DNA of 32,000 nucleotides, from the NCBI RefSeq assembly GCF_001652585.1, contig NZ_LWLG01000007.1, positions 1 through 32,000 of the forward strand, given 5' to 3'. Made by a program: the position numbers and the translations under genes. Positions 17,212 through 25,085 of this stretch are shown one piece after another; position 1 is the stretch's first letter; the number at the start of each line of letters is the position of its first letter. The notes beneath the pieces were generated by a model, which saw nothing but the letters and a program-made list of their open reading frames with translations, had not been told where the DNA came from and did no database searches. The stretch comes from Thermosulfurimonas dismutans. GTDB lineage: Bacteria; Desulfobacterota; Thermodesulfobacteria; Thermodesulfobacteriales; Thermodesulfobacteriaceae.

Positions 17212-18069
17212 TCAAATAAAAAGTTTTTCGATTTTCAGATTGATGTCCATGGCCCGGGCTGAATGGGTTAAACGTCCCACGGAGATGAGGTCAACGCCTG
17301 TTTCGGCTATGGCTCTCACATTTTCGAGAGTGACTCCCCCCGAAGCTTCAAGGATTATCTTAGGGTTGAGGCTACGGGCTAGTTTTACGGCTTCTTTCAG
17401 CTCCTCAAGCGACATGTTATCTAGGAGGACAGCCTCGGCTCCGGCAGAAATAGCCTCTCGAAGCTCGGTCAAGGTTTTGACTTCAATTTCTATTCGAAAG
17501 ACGTGGGAAAAGGTTCGAGCCCGGGCGAGGGCCTCCTTTACACCACCACAGGCTTTGACATGATTGTCTTTGATAAGGATGCCTTCCGAAAGACCGAAGC
17601 GGTGGTTTGAGCCTCCCCCTACCCTTACGGCGTACTTTTCAAGAACCCTAAGTCCTGGGGTGGTCTTCCGAGTGTCCACGACTTTGACTGGGAGATCTGC
17701 CAGCTTTTTTACGAACTTTCTGGTAAGGGTGGCAATTCCTGAAAGATGCTGCATGAAATTCAAAGCTACCCGTTCGGCTTTTAGGATGGAGGCTACGCGT
17801 CCGGAAACCTCAAGAAGGGCTTCACCGGCCGAAACTTCACTGCCCTCCTCCACCAAAGGGCGAACTTCCAGTTCCGGGTCCACCTTATGAAAGACGGATA
17901 AAGCCACCGGAAAACCACAGAACACCAATTCTTCTTTGGCCCGGGCTACTCCTAGCCCTTTCAGGTCCGAAGGGATCAGAGCCTCGGTAGTGAAGTCCCC
18001 GAAAGGAAGGTCTTCTTTTAAAGCCGCTTCGATAAGCGAATCGTAAAGTATTGGATTGGGAGCTAACAT
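17212..18069 (-). CDS. nadC: Nicotinate-nucleotide (quinolinate) pyrophosphorylase, carboxylating
   Basis: DTRKTTPGLR, KYAVRVGGGSNHRFGL, ILIKDNH and LEASGG. I prefer the ATG at 18069 (MLAPNP...). The track's TTG at 18105 coincides with a -35-like TTGACC box. Confidence 0.95.
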   Translation of the reverse strand: MLAPNPILYDSLIEAALKEDLPFGDFTTEALIPSDLKGLGVARAKEELVFCGFPVALSVFHKVDPELEVRPLVEEGSEVSAGEALLEVSGRVASILKAERVALNFMQHLSGIATLTRKFVKKLADLPVKVVDTRKTTPGLRVLEKYAVRVGGGSNHRFGLSEGILIKDNHVKACGGVKEALARARTFSHVFRIEIEVKTLTELREAISAGAEAVLLDNMSLEELKEAVKLARSLNPKIILEASGGVTLENVRAIAETGVDLISVGRLTHSARAMDINLKIEKLFI

Positions 18070-18075
18070 AAAAAT

Positions 18076-18105
18076 AATGTAGCTTAACAAGAGAACTTGG
18101 GTCAA
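18076..18105 (-). promoter_or_regulatory. Candidate sigma70-type promoter for nadC (would give a leaderless or near-leaderless mRNA)
   Basis: On the minus strand: TTGACC, 18-nt spacer, TACATT, then only ATTTTT before the ATG. No SD is present. Confidence 0.4.
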
Positions 18106-18119
18106 GACTGTTCAAAAAA

Positions 18120-18149
18120 TTGACATAAGTGTTAGGCCTGTGATATCTT
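18120..18149 (+). promoter_or_regulatory. Candidate sigma70-type promoter for the domain-less sigma54 activator (near-leaderless)
   Basis: Perfect TTGACA (18120-18125), then either an 18-nt spacer and TATCTT (18144-18149) or TGtGATATC as an extended -10. The ATG at 18157 has no SD. Confidence 0.4.
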
Positions 18150-18156
18150 TCTGTAC

Positions 18157-19107
18157 ATGGAAATCATAGGTCAGAGTTCGGCCATAAAAAGGGTCTTTAA
18201 ACTTATAGAGAAGGTTGCTCCTACTGAAAGTACAGTCCTTATTTTAGGCGAGTCCGGAACCGGAAAGGAGTTGATTGCCCGGGCCATTCATCAGAAAAGC
18301 CGACGAAAGGATGGTCCATTTATTCCAGTGAACTGTGGAGCCATTCCGGAGGAACTTTTAGAGTCCGAACTTTTTGGCTACGAAAAGGGGGCCTTTACTG
18401 GAGCCAACCGTAGTAAACCCGGGCGTTTCGAGCTAGCCAACGGAGGCACCATCTTTCTCGATGAAATCGCGGAGATGAGCCCCAAGCTTCAGGTAAAACT
18501 CTTGAGGATCCTTCAGGAAAAGACGATTGAGCGTCTCGGAAGTGAGAGGTCCATATCGGTCAATATTCGGATCATTGCGGCTACCAATCGAAATTTGGAG
18601 GCGGAAGTAGCCGAAGGTCGCTTCAGGGAAGACCTGTATTTCCGTCTAAATGTGATTCCCATCCAATTGCCCCCTCTTCGCGAAAGAAAGGAGGATATTC
18701 CCCTTTTAGCCGAGCACTTTCTCGAAAAATTCTGTGAGCGGGAGGAGGTGCCCTTAAAGCGTCTTTCTGAAGAAGCCCTCAAATGTCTTTTAAGTTACTC
18801 ATGGCCCGGCAACGTAAGAGAACTCGAAAATCTGATGGAAAGACTGGTCATCTTGACTGAAGACGAAGTTATAAGAAAAGAAGATTTACCTGAACACCTG
18901 TGTGAACCATCTTCTCTCAGCTTGAATTTTCCGGGAACCTTCCCCCCCGAGGGACTAGATCTACAAGAGACATTGAAAGAGATCGAAAAGTCCTTGATAC
19001 TCAAGGCCCTTGAGGCCTCAGGAGGGGTCAAAAGTAGGGCTGCCAAGCTCTTACGACTCAATAGAACTACCCTCATCGAAAAGATGAAAAGACTCGGCCT
19101 TTGTTGA
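18157..19107 (+). CDS. Sigma54-dependent transcriptional activator (bEBP) with only an AAA+ domain and a Fis-type HTH; no N-terminal regulatory domain (PspF-like architecture)
   Basis: It starts directly at [15 protein letters not shown]...[14 protein letters not shown] (Walker A). It has GAFTGA (18388-18405), Walker B IFLDEI, an R-finger region, and the C-terminal [29 protein letters not shown]. Confidence 0.9.
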   Translation: MEIIGQSSAIKRVFKLIEKVAPTESTVLILGESGTGKELIARAIHQKSRRKDGPFIPVNCGAIPEELLESELFGYEKGAFTGANRSKPGRFELANGGTIFLDEIAEMSPKLQVKLLRILQEKTIERLGSERSISVNIRIIAATNRNLEAEVAEGRFREDLYFRLNVIPIQLPPLRERKEDIPLLAEHFLEKFCEREEVPLKRLSEEALKCLLSYSWPGNVRELENLMERLVILTEDEVIRKEDLPEHLCEPSSLSLNFPGTFPPEGLDLQETLKEIEKSLILKALEASGGVKSRAAKLLRLNRTTLIEKMKRLGLC

Positions 19108-19109
19108 TT

Positions 19110-19125
19110 TGGCCTTCTTTTTGCA
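19110..19125 (+). promoter_or_regulatory. Candidate sigma54 (-24/-12) promoter upstream of the TPR gene
   Basis: TGGCCTTCTTTTTGCA: GG (19111-12), N10, GC (19123-24), with a perfect TTGCA -12 element. It lies just after the upstream stop (19105-07) and 21 nt before the ATG at 19146. Confidence 0.45.
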
Positions 19126-19145
19126 AATCTCTTTTAGGGCTGATA

Positions 19146-21056
19146 ATGAGATTTAAGATAGTGGCTATTATAGCGGTTTTCTTATGGGTAAACACGGTCT
19201 TCGGGATTAAGGTGCCCGAAAGGGATCCCTCCTGGTGGCTTTCTGAAGCTCGTTTTGTCTATCATCAGGGCGATCTTATGGGGGCCCTTCAGATCATTAA
19301 AGAAGCCCGAAGACGCTTTCCTGGAAAGCTCACCCGAGAGTTTAAATGTCTTGAAGCTCAGGTCCTTTACGATATGGGAAAACCCCAGGAAACAGTTAAG
19401 CTCTTGGAGCCCCTTTCCATCTCTTATGAACTGCCAGACGAGAGCTTATTGCTTCTGGCTAAGGCTTATTTAAAATTAAAGGATTTTGGAAAAGCCCTTT
19501 TTTACGCCCGATTAGTTGAGAAAAAGACTTCCCGAAGAGATTTGTCCTGTCAGGCCAAAGGCATCGTAGCCAAAGCCTATTTAGCCAATCGGATAAAGGC
19601 TAAGGCCGTAAAGAAGGCTCAAGAAATATTGGAATCTACTTGTAGCGAGAAGATAAAGGCTCAGGCCTTAGAAGTCCTTATTGAAGGTGGATATTCTCCA
19701 GAAGAGATTCAAAATTTCTTCAGGAAATTTCCTGCTTTGAAACTTTATGCTCCCAAATTTTTTAGGCATCTCGGAGATTTTTATCTTTCTAGAAAAAAGT
19801 TAGAAAAGGCCGAAAAGGCCTACTTCCGTTATTTGAACCTTTCTGGGGAAGAAGAGGAAGCGCCGGCAATCCTTTTTAAAATGGCGGAGGCCTACTTCCA
19901 TCAAAATCAATTAAGAAGAGCTCGCATTTACTATGAATTACTTCTTACTGCTTGGCCCCATCTGGACGAAGCCAAATTTGCCAAGTTCAGGCTTTATCAT
20001 TTGAACTACATTTTTCACAAAAAATTAGGTCTTCCCACCCTTAAAGAGAGAAAGGTTCTCATACCCCTCATCAACGAATTACGAAAAAAGTATCCCACGA
20101 AAAAGATTACTGAAGAAGCCCAAGCCCTTGAGGTCAGATTATATTTAGAGGACAAGAAGCCGGATAAGGCCTTTTTTACGGCTATAGATTTTCTAAAGAG
20201 ATACCCGCAATCGGAAATAATTAATGAAGTTTACGGTTTGTTATGTGAGGCGGATTCTCTTTATCTCCAAAAGCTTTATGGAGAAAAAAAGGACTTCGAG
20301 ATCTTGGCTTTGGACCGGGAATATCAGGAGTTTTTAAAATCTGCAACTTGTGGCCCACACTTTTACTGGTTAGGCAAACTCTTCGAGAAATACCATCTTG
20401 AGACCCAAGCCAAATATTACTTAATACAAGCCTATGAATTTGGAGTTCCCAAAGGCTGGGAGCCTGTGCTCATGCTTGTCCTGGCTGAAGAGGCTATTGT
20501 TAGCGGCAAAGTAGAAGTGGCTACTCAGCTTCTGAAACTATTGATTCAAAAATATCCTTTTTATGCTCAAAATCCAACCTATCTTTATCTTAAAGGTCTG
20601 TACGCCTATAAAACCGGAAGATGGCTTGAAGCTCGCATATTTTTCAAAAAAATTCTATCTCAGAAAAAACTGTCACCAGAAATAAAAAGCAAAACCCTTT
20701 CTTCCTTCTTTTCGCTAGCCTTGAAATCCAAGGATATAGATCTGGCCTTTGAACTTTTGAAAGATCAAGATTTTCCTTCCGGGGAAAATGAATTCGCCTT
20801 TCTCATCCAAATGACCTTGGAAAACGAAGATTACCTGAGAGCCAAGAAGATTTTGGCTTTTGCCGAAAAACGTTTCCCGAATTCGGTAACCCTAAAGTGG
20901 TTGAAGGGCCTCCTCCTCGAAAGGCTGGGCCAGGAAAACGAAGCCCTTGGGGTCTGGAAGGAACTTTCCGGGAAGGAAACCACCGAAGGCAAGTTGGCCC
21001 AAGGAATCTTGAGGAGTCTCGAACTGGTCGAGGAAGCTAGAGAGGTAATATATTAA
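19146..21056 (+). CDS. Large secreted or membrane-anchored TPR-like repeat protein
   Basis: Signal-like N-terminus MRFKIVAIIAVFLWVNTVFG. The rest is alpha-helical repeat sequence with recurring A..Y/L..G....A motifs. The ATG at 19146 is preferred over the track's TTG at 19101. Confidence 0.7.
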   Translation: MRFKIVAIIAVFLWVNTVFGIKVPERDPSWWLSEARFVYHQGDLMGALQIIKEARRRFPGKLTREFKCLEAQVLYDMGKPQETVKLLEPLSISYELPDESLLLLAKAYLKLKDFGKALFYARLVEKKTSRRDLSCQAKGIVAKAYLANRIKAKAVKKAQEILESTCSEKIKAQALEVLIEGGYSPEEIQNFFRKFPALKLYAPKFFRHLGDFYLSRKKLEKAEKAYFRYLNLSGEEEEAPAILFKMAEAYFHQNQLRRARIYYELLLTAWPHLDEAKFAKFRLYHLNYIFHKKLGLPTLKERKVLIPLINELRKKYPTKKITEEAQALEVRLYLEDKKPDKAFFTAIDFLKRYPQSEIINEVYGLLCEADSLYLQKLYGEKKDFEILALDREYQEFLKSATCGPHFYWLGKLFEKYHLETQAKYYLIQAYEFGVPKGWEPVLMLVLAEEAIVSGKVEVATQLLKLLIQKYPFYAQNPTYLYLKGLYAYKTGRWLEARIFFKKILSQKKLSPEIKSKTLSSFFSLALKSKDIDLAFELLKDQDFPSGENEFAFLIQMTLENEDYLRAKKILAFAEKRFPNSVTLKWLKGLLLERLGQENEALGVWKELSGKETTEGKLAQGILRSLELVEEAREVIY

Positions 21057-21060
21057 AACT

Positions 21061-22383
21061 ATGAAGACGCAAGTACTCCTGGTGGGAGGCCACGAGACTA
21101 TCGTCCTATTAGCCGAGGAGCTCACCAGGAAAGGCTTGGAAATCATCAATACTAGGGACTATGAAAAGATTTTTCAGCTCATTTCCAAAGAAACGCCTTC
21201 GGTTGCGGTATGCGAAATTTCGGTCGAGAGCCCACCTTTTCGTCAAATTCTTGACACAATCAAACGGGCTTCCCCTCATACGGCCGTCATATTCCTAGCG
21301 GAAGAGGCCCGGGTTGAGGAAGCGGTTTCGGCGGTGAAGTTAGGGGCTTATGACTTTCGCCTCCTTTCGACCGATCTTGAGGTTTTGGTAAAGCTTATCT
21401 TAACGGCCTTAAGGGAAAGTCCTAAACATCCTGTCGAAGAGGGATTTATTACCAGGGATCCGGAACTCCTTGAACTTCTCGAAAGATTACGTCCAGTAGC
21501 TCGTAGCCGGGCTCCTATCCTCATCACCGGAGAGTCCGGAACTGGGAAGGAGGTCTTAGCCCGGTGGTTTCATCGGGTGAGTGATCGGTCCCGGGGGCCA
21601 TTCATTGCCATAAACTGCGCGGCTCTTCCAGAGGCTCTCCTGGAATCCGAGCTCTTCGGCTATGAGAAAGGCGCTTTTTCCGGAGCGCTTACTCGCAAGA
21701 AAGGTAAATTTGAGCTTGCTGATGGTGGCACCCTTTTGCTTGACGAGGTTACCGAGATGCCTTTACCTCTCCAGGCCAAGCTCCTGCGAGTCCTTCAAGA
21801 AGGAGAGGTCGACCGTTTGGGAGGGGCCTACCCTGTCAAGGTGGATGTGCGAGTCATTGCTACAACGAACCGGGATATCGAAGCCGAAGTAGCCAGCGGT
21901 CGCTTCCGGGAGGATCTTTATTTTAGACTGAACGTCATACCAGTAAAACTTCCCCCTTTAAGAGAGCGAAAGGGAGACATTCGGCTCCTTGCGGAACATT
22001 TTCTTTCGGAGTTTGCTAGGCGCTATGGCAAGAACGTCCAAGGTTTCGTCCCCGGTGTGCTTGAGATCTTAGAAAGCTATACCTTTCCTGGAAATGTCCG
22101 CGAACTCAAAAATCTTATAGAACGGGCCGTACTCTTAGCCCGGAATAATCTAATTACCTTAGAAGATCTTTTATGGGAAGGAGACTCCAAAGGGAACCGA
22201 GCTCCTAGGGAAACTGCTACTCCTTTGGAAATAAAACCTCTTAAAGAGATAGAAAGAGAGCTGATCTTCAAGGCCCTTGAGGCTTGTGGCGGTAATCGCA
22301 CCCGGGCGGCCGAACTTTTAGGAATAAGCGTGAGAACCTTGAGGAACAAACTCCAGGCCTATAAGGCACAGGGTTTGCTATAA
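21061..22383 (+). CDS. FleQ/FlrA-like sigma54-dependent flagellar master-type activator (degenerate receiver, AAA+ domain, Fis HTH)
   Basis: The receiver-like N-terminus lacks the DD pocket (VGGHE), the phospho-Asp (CEISVES), and the T and K residues. The AAA+ domain has [14 protein letters not shown] (21670-21687) and LLLDEV. The HTH is GGNRTRAAELLGISVRTLRNKL. It sits immediately upstream of flgB. Confidence 0.85.
   Translation: MKTQVLLVGGHETIVLLAEELTRKGLEIINTRDYEKIFQLISKETPSVAVCEISVESPPFRQILDTIKRASPHTAVIFLAEEARVEEAVSAVKLGAYDFRLLSTDLEVLVKLILTALRESPKHPVEEGFITRDPELLELLERLRPVARSRAPILITGESGTGKEVLARWFHRVSDRSRGPFIAINCAALPEALLESELFGYEKGAFSGALTRKKGKFELADGGTLLLDEVTEMPLPLQAKLLRVLQEGEVDRLGGAYPVKVDVRVIATTNRDIEAEVASGRFREDLYFRLNVIPVKLPPLRERKGDIRLLAEHFLSEFARRYGKNVQGFVPGVLEILESYTFPGNVRELKNLIERAVLLARNNLITLEDLLWEGDSKGNRAPRETATPLEIKPLKEIERELIFKALEACGGNRTRAAELLGISVRTLRNKLQAYKAQGLL
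22364..22379 (+). promoter_or_regulatory. Candidate sigma54 (-24/-12) promoter for the flgB operon, embedded in the 3' end of the activator CDS
   Basis: AGGCACAGGGTTTGCT: GGCAC (22365-69) and TTGCT (22375-79), with exact GG-N10-GC spacing. It is 23 nt upstream of the flgB ATG (22402). Confidence 0.6.
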
Positions 22384-22401
22384 ATTTGGGAGAGGTTGAA
22401 G

Positions 22402-22794
22402 ATGTTCGGAAAGATGTTTTCGAAAACCTGGGATTTAATAGCTCGAAGCCTCAAACTGCGGAACCTGCGTCATGATGTCCTAGCTTCAAACATCGCCAAT
22501 GTGGATACTCCGGGCTACCGGCGAAAGGATATCCCTTTTGAAAAGGTAATGCGGGCTTATTTGGGGGAAGAGATGCCTTTAAAGATGACACACGCCCGTC
22601 ATATTTCTAACTCCCCGCGTGAGGTTCAAGCTCAGATAGTAGAACCGGAAGAGGTTGGCACGCCCAACAATGTTTCCCTTGAGGAGGAGATGTCCAAACT
22701 CATGGAAAACCACCTACTTTATCAGGCCACGGTGGAGGCCTTGATAAAGGAAATCGGGTTAATGAGAGAAGCTATAACGGAAGGAGGTAAATAG
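22402..22794 (+). CDS. flgB: Flagellar basal-body rod protein FlgB
   Basis: LASNIANVDTPGYRRKD motif, about 130 aa, first gene of the rod/MS-ring cluster. SD GGGAGAGG lies upstream. Confidence 0.92.
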   Translation: MFGKMFSKTWDLIARSLKLRNLRHDVLASNIANVDTPGYRRKDIPFEKVMRAYLGEEMPLKMTHARHISNSPREVQAQIVEPEEVGTPNNVSLEEEMSKLMENHLLYQATVEALIKEIGLMREAITEGGK

Positions 22795-22796
22795 CC

Positions 22797-23210
22797 ATGA
22801 AACTCCTTTCCGCTCTTAGGATTGCCGGAAGTGGCCTAATGGCCCAGCGGGTAAGACTCAATATCTCTTCCATGAACCTTGCCAATGCCCATGTAACCAG
22901 GACGGCCGAGGGTGGGCCCTATCGAGCTAAGGATGTGGTCTTGGCCGCTATCCCGTTGGAGAACGAGGCGAAGGCCAAGCTTTCCGAAGTCAAGGTGGTG
23001 GAGATTGTGGACGACCCCTCACCTTTCAAAGAGGTTTACGATCCCAGTCATCCCGATGCCGACGAACGGGGCATGGTGAAGTATCCCAATGTAGACATCC
23101 TAACCGAAATGGTGGAACTTCTTTCGGCCGGACGGGCTTACGAGGCTAATCTCACCGTAATGAACATTACCAAAACTTTGGCTTTAAAGACGTTGGAGAT
23201 CCTACGTTAG
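22797..23210 (+). CDS. flgC: Flagellar basal-body rod protein FlgC
   Basis: SSMNLANAHVTRT and the C-terminal AYEANLTVMNITKTLALKTLEI. Confidence 0.95.
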   Translation: MKLLSALRIAGSGLMAQRVRLNISSMNLANAHVTRTAEGGPYRAKDVVLAAIPLENEAKAKLSEVKVVEIVDDPSPFKEVYDPSHPDADERGMVKYPNVDILTEMVELLSAGRAYEANLTVMNITKTLALKTLEILR

Positions 23211-23220
23211 GGGGTAAGGC

Positions 23221-23508
23221 ATGAAAATTAACGGTTTTCAGGGCTTTAAGTTCCCTCTGTCCGAAAATTCGAAATTCAAGGCCCTCGAAAAGGATTTTGG
23301 AGCCTTCCTTAAAGACAAGATTAAAGAGGTGGATCAGCTCCAGAAAGAGGCCATGAACAATCTCCAAGATTTTGCTACGGGAAGAAAACAGGATCTAGTC
23401 GAGCTCACCCTTTCTTTGAGCCAAGCCGATCTTTCCTTCAAGCTCCTTATGCGGGTGAGGAATAAAGTCATTGAGGCCTACCAGGAAATTATGCGGATGC
23501 AAATTTAG
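23221..23508 (+). CDS. fliE: Flagellar hook-basal body complex protein FliE
   Basis: 95 aa, with the C-terminal VRNKVIEAYQEIMRMQI signature. Confidence 0.9.
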   Translation: MKINGFQGFKFPLSENSKFKALEKDFGAFLKDKIKEVDQLQKEAMNNLQDFATGRKQDLVELTLSLSQADLSFKLLMRVRNKVIEAYQEIMRMQI

Positions 23509-23518
23509 AGGTTAAGGC

Positions 23519-25084
23519 ATGAAACTTCTCCAACCACGAGAAATAGGCGGACAACTCAAGACCTTTTACGAGGGGCTAACCAGGGAACAAAAGATTTTGG
23601 GAGTTGTTCTGATTTTTCTTGTGATCGGGGGGCTCGTGGCTCTTATCTTATGGAGTAATCGCCCGGAATGGGGACTCCTTTATCGGGGGTTACCGGAAGA
23701 TACCGCCGCCGAGGTGATCGCTTATCTTAAGGGACACAACATTCCTTTCAAGCTTGAGCCGGATGGCACCATTCGTGTTCCGAAGGAAAAGGTCCCGGAG
23801 CTGAGGATGGAAATTGCCGGCCAAGGGTTGGTGGGAGGAGTAGGTCCGGGCTTTGAGCTTTTTGACAAGGGACAGATCGGGGCTACGGAATTTGCACAAA
23901 AGGTCAATTACCAGCGGGCCTTAGAAGGGGAACTTTCTCGCACTATTATGGCTCTCAAAGCCGTAAAATATGCCCGTGTTCACCTGGCCCTTCCCCGAGA
24001 GAGTCTTTTCATAGAAGAGGAAAAACCTCCCAAGGCCTCGGTTTTCATTCAACTTCGACCTGGTTATACCCTCTCTCGCAGACAAGTTCTCGGGATCGTC
24101 AATCTAGTTTCCGGAGCGGTGACCGGTCTTACTCCGGAAAACGTCAAGGTCATAGATACCAATGGTCGTGTTCTTTACCGGGGTGAAGAAGAAGAGGAAA
24201 AACTTACTACTACTCAACTGGCCTATCGTCGTAAGCTTGAGGATAGTTATCGGTTGAAGATTGAGGAGCTTCTTTCAAGAGCACTGGGACCGGGAAAGGC
24301 TATAGCTCAGGTTTCAGTAGACCTAGATTTCGACCGTGGAGCCATTCGGGAAGAGACCTATGATCCTGAAATGACAGCCGTCGTTTCAGAATCACTTGAG
24401 GAATCAACTAAAACCGCGAAGGCTGAGGGGGGACCGGCCGGAGTAAAAGGGGCCCTAGCGGCCAAGGCGGAGGGCAACTTGGGGATAGCAGCTAAGGGAG
24501 AATCGTCCTCTTCCAAAAAGATCATTCGAAACTACGAACCCAGTCGAACTCTGAAGGAGGTAACCATAACCCCCGGTAAAATCAAAAGGATTTCGGTGGC
24601 TGTGCTCGTGGATGCCAACGTCCTTCCCAAAGAAAAAAGCGGAGCTAAATTAGAATGGATAGAGAAATTGGTTAAAGGGGCGGTGGGTTATAACCCCGAT
24701 CGCGGTGATGTGGTGGAGGTCTCTACCCTACCCTTTAAAGCCGAGGTTACCAAAGGACCTTCTATGGTCATGGAATATTTGAGCAAGCTGGGCAAGCCTC
24801 TAGTAGAGCTTCTGATAGTCGTCCTAGTGCTATTGCTGGTAGTGCGTCCCGTTCTCAAGGCCTTGCTCGAGCGAACTACCCCACCGGCAGCAGAAGAAGC
24901 AGCAGCCCTTGAAGGCGAAGAGGGGGCTCCAAAGGTGGAGGGCGAGGAGGCTAAGCCGCTTCCCCACGAAATGGCTATGGGCATTGTACAGAGCAGCCCC
25001 GAGCGGGCAGCTATTTTAGTCAAGAAATGGCTCCTTGAAGAATCGGCAGAAGAGAGGGCCAAAGCTTTAAGGGAGGCCGCTTAG
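23519..25084 (+). CDS. fliF: Flagellar M-ring protein FliF
   Basis: N-terminal TM, YscJ/FliF domain (YQRALEGELSRTI), second TM near the C-terminus, and an acidic tail. Confidence 0.95.
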   Translation: MKLLQPREIGGQLKTFYEGLTREQKILGVVLIFLVIGGLVALILWSNRPEWGLLYRGLPEDTAAEVIAYLKGHNIPFKLEPDGTIRVPKEKVPELRMEIAGQGLVGGVGPGFELFDKGQIGATEFAQKVNYQRALEGELSRTIMALKAVKYARVHLALPRESLFIEEEKPPKASVFIQLRPGYTLSRRQVLGIVNLVSGAVTGLTPENVKVIDTNGRVLYRGEEEEEKLTTTQLAYRRKLEDSYRLKIEELLSRALGPGKAIAQVSVDLDFDRGAIREETYDPEMTAVVSESLEESTKTAKAEGGPAGVKGALAAKAEGNLGIAAKGESSSSKKIIRNYEPSRTLKEVTITPGKIKRISVAVLVDANVLPKEKSGAKLEWIEKLVKGAVGYNPDRGDVVEVSTLPFKAEVTKGPSMVMEYLSKLGKPLVELLIVVLVLLLVVRPVLKALLERTTPPAAEEAAALEGEEGAPKVEGEEAKPLPHEMAMGIVQSSPERAAILVKKWLLEESAEERAKALREAA

Positions 25085-25085
25085 G

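Noticed and set aside
19004-19018. Inverted repeat AGGCC-cttga-GGCCT about 100 bp upstream of the candidate sigma54 promoter, considered as a possible activator binding site
   Set aside because: The arms are only 5 bp. The repeat encodes the conserved KALEA motif, also present in the paralogue at about 22270, so coding constraint explains it.
21726-21740. Sigma54-like motif TGGCACCCTTTTGCT inside the FleQ-like gene
   Set aside because: The GG-to-GC spacing is N9, not N10. It lies mid-CDS, encodes the conserved Walker B region DGGTLLLDE, and has no downstream gene start.
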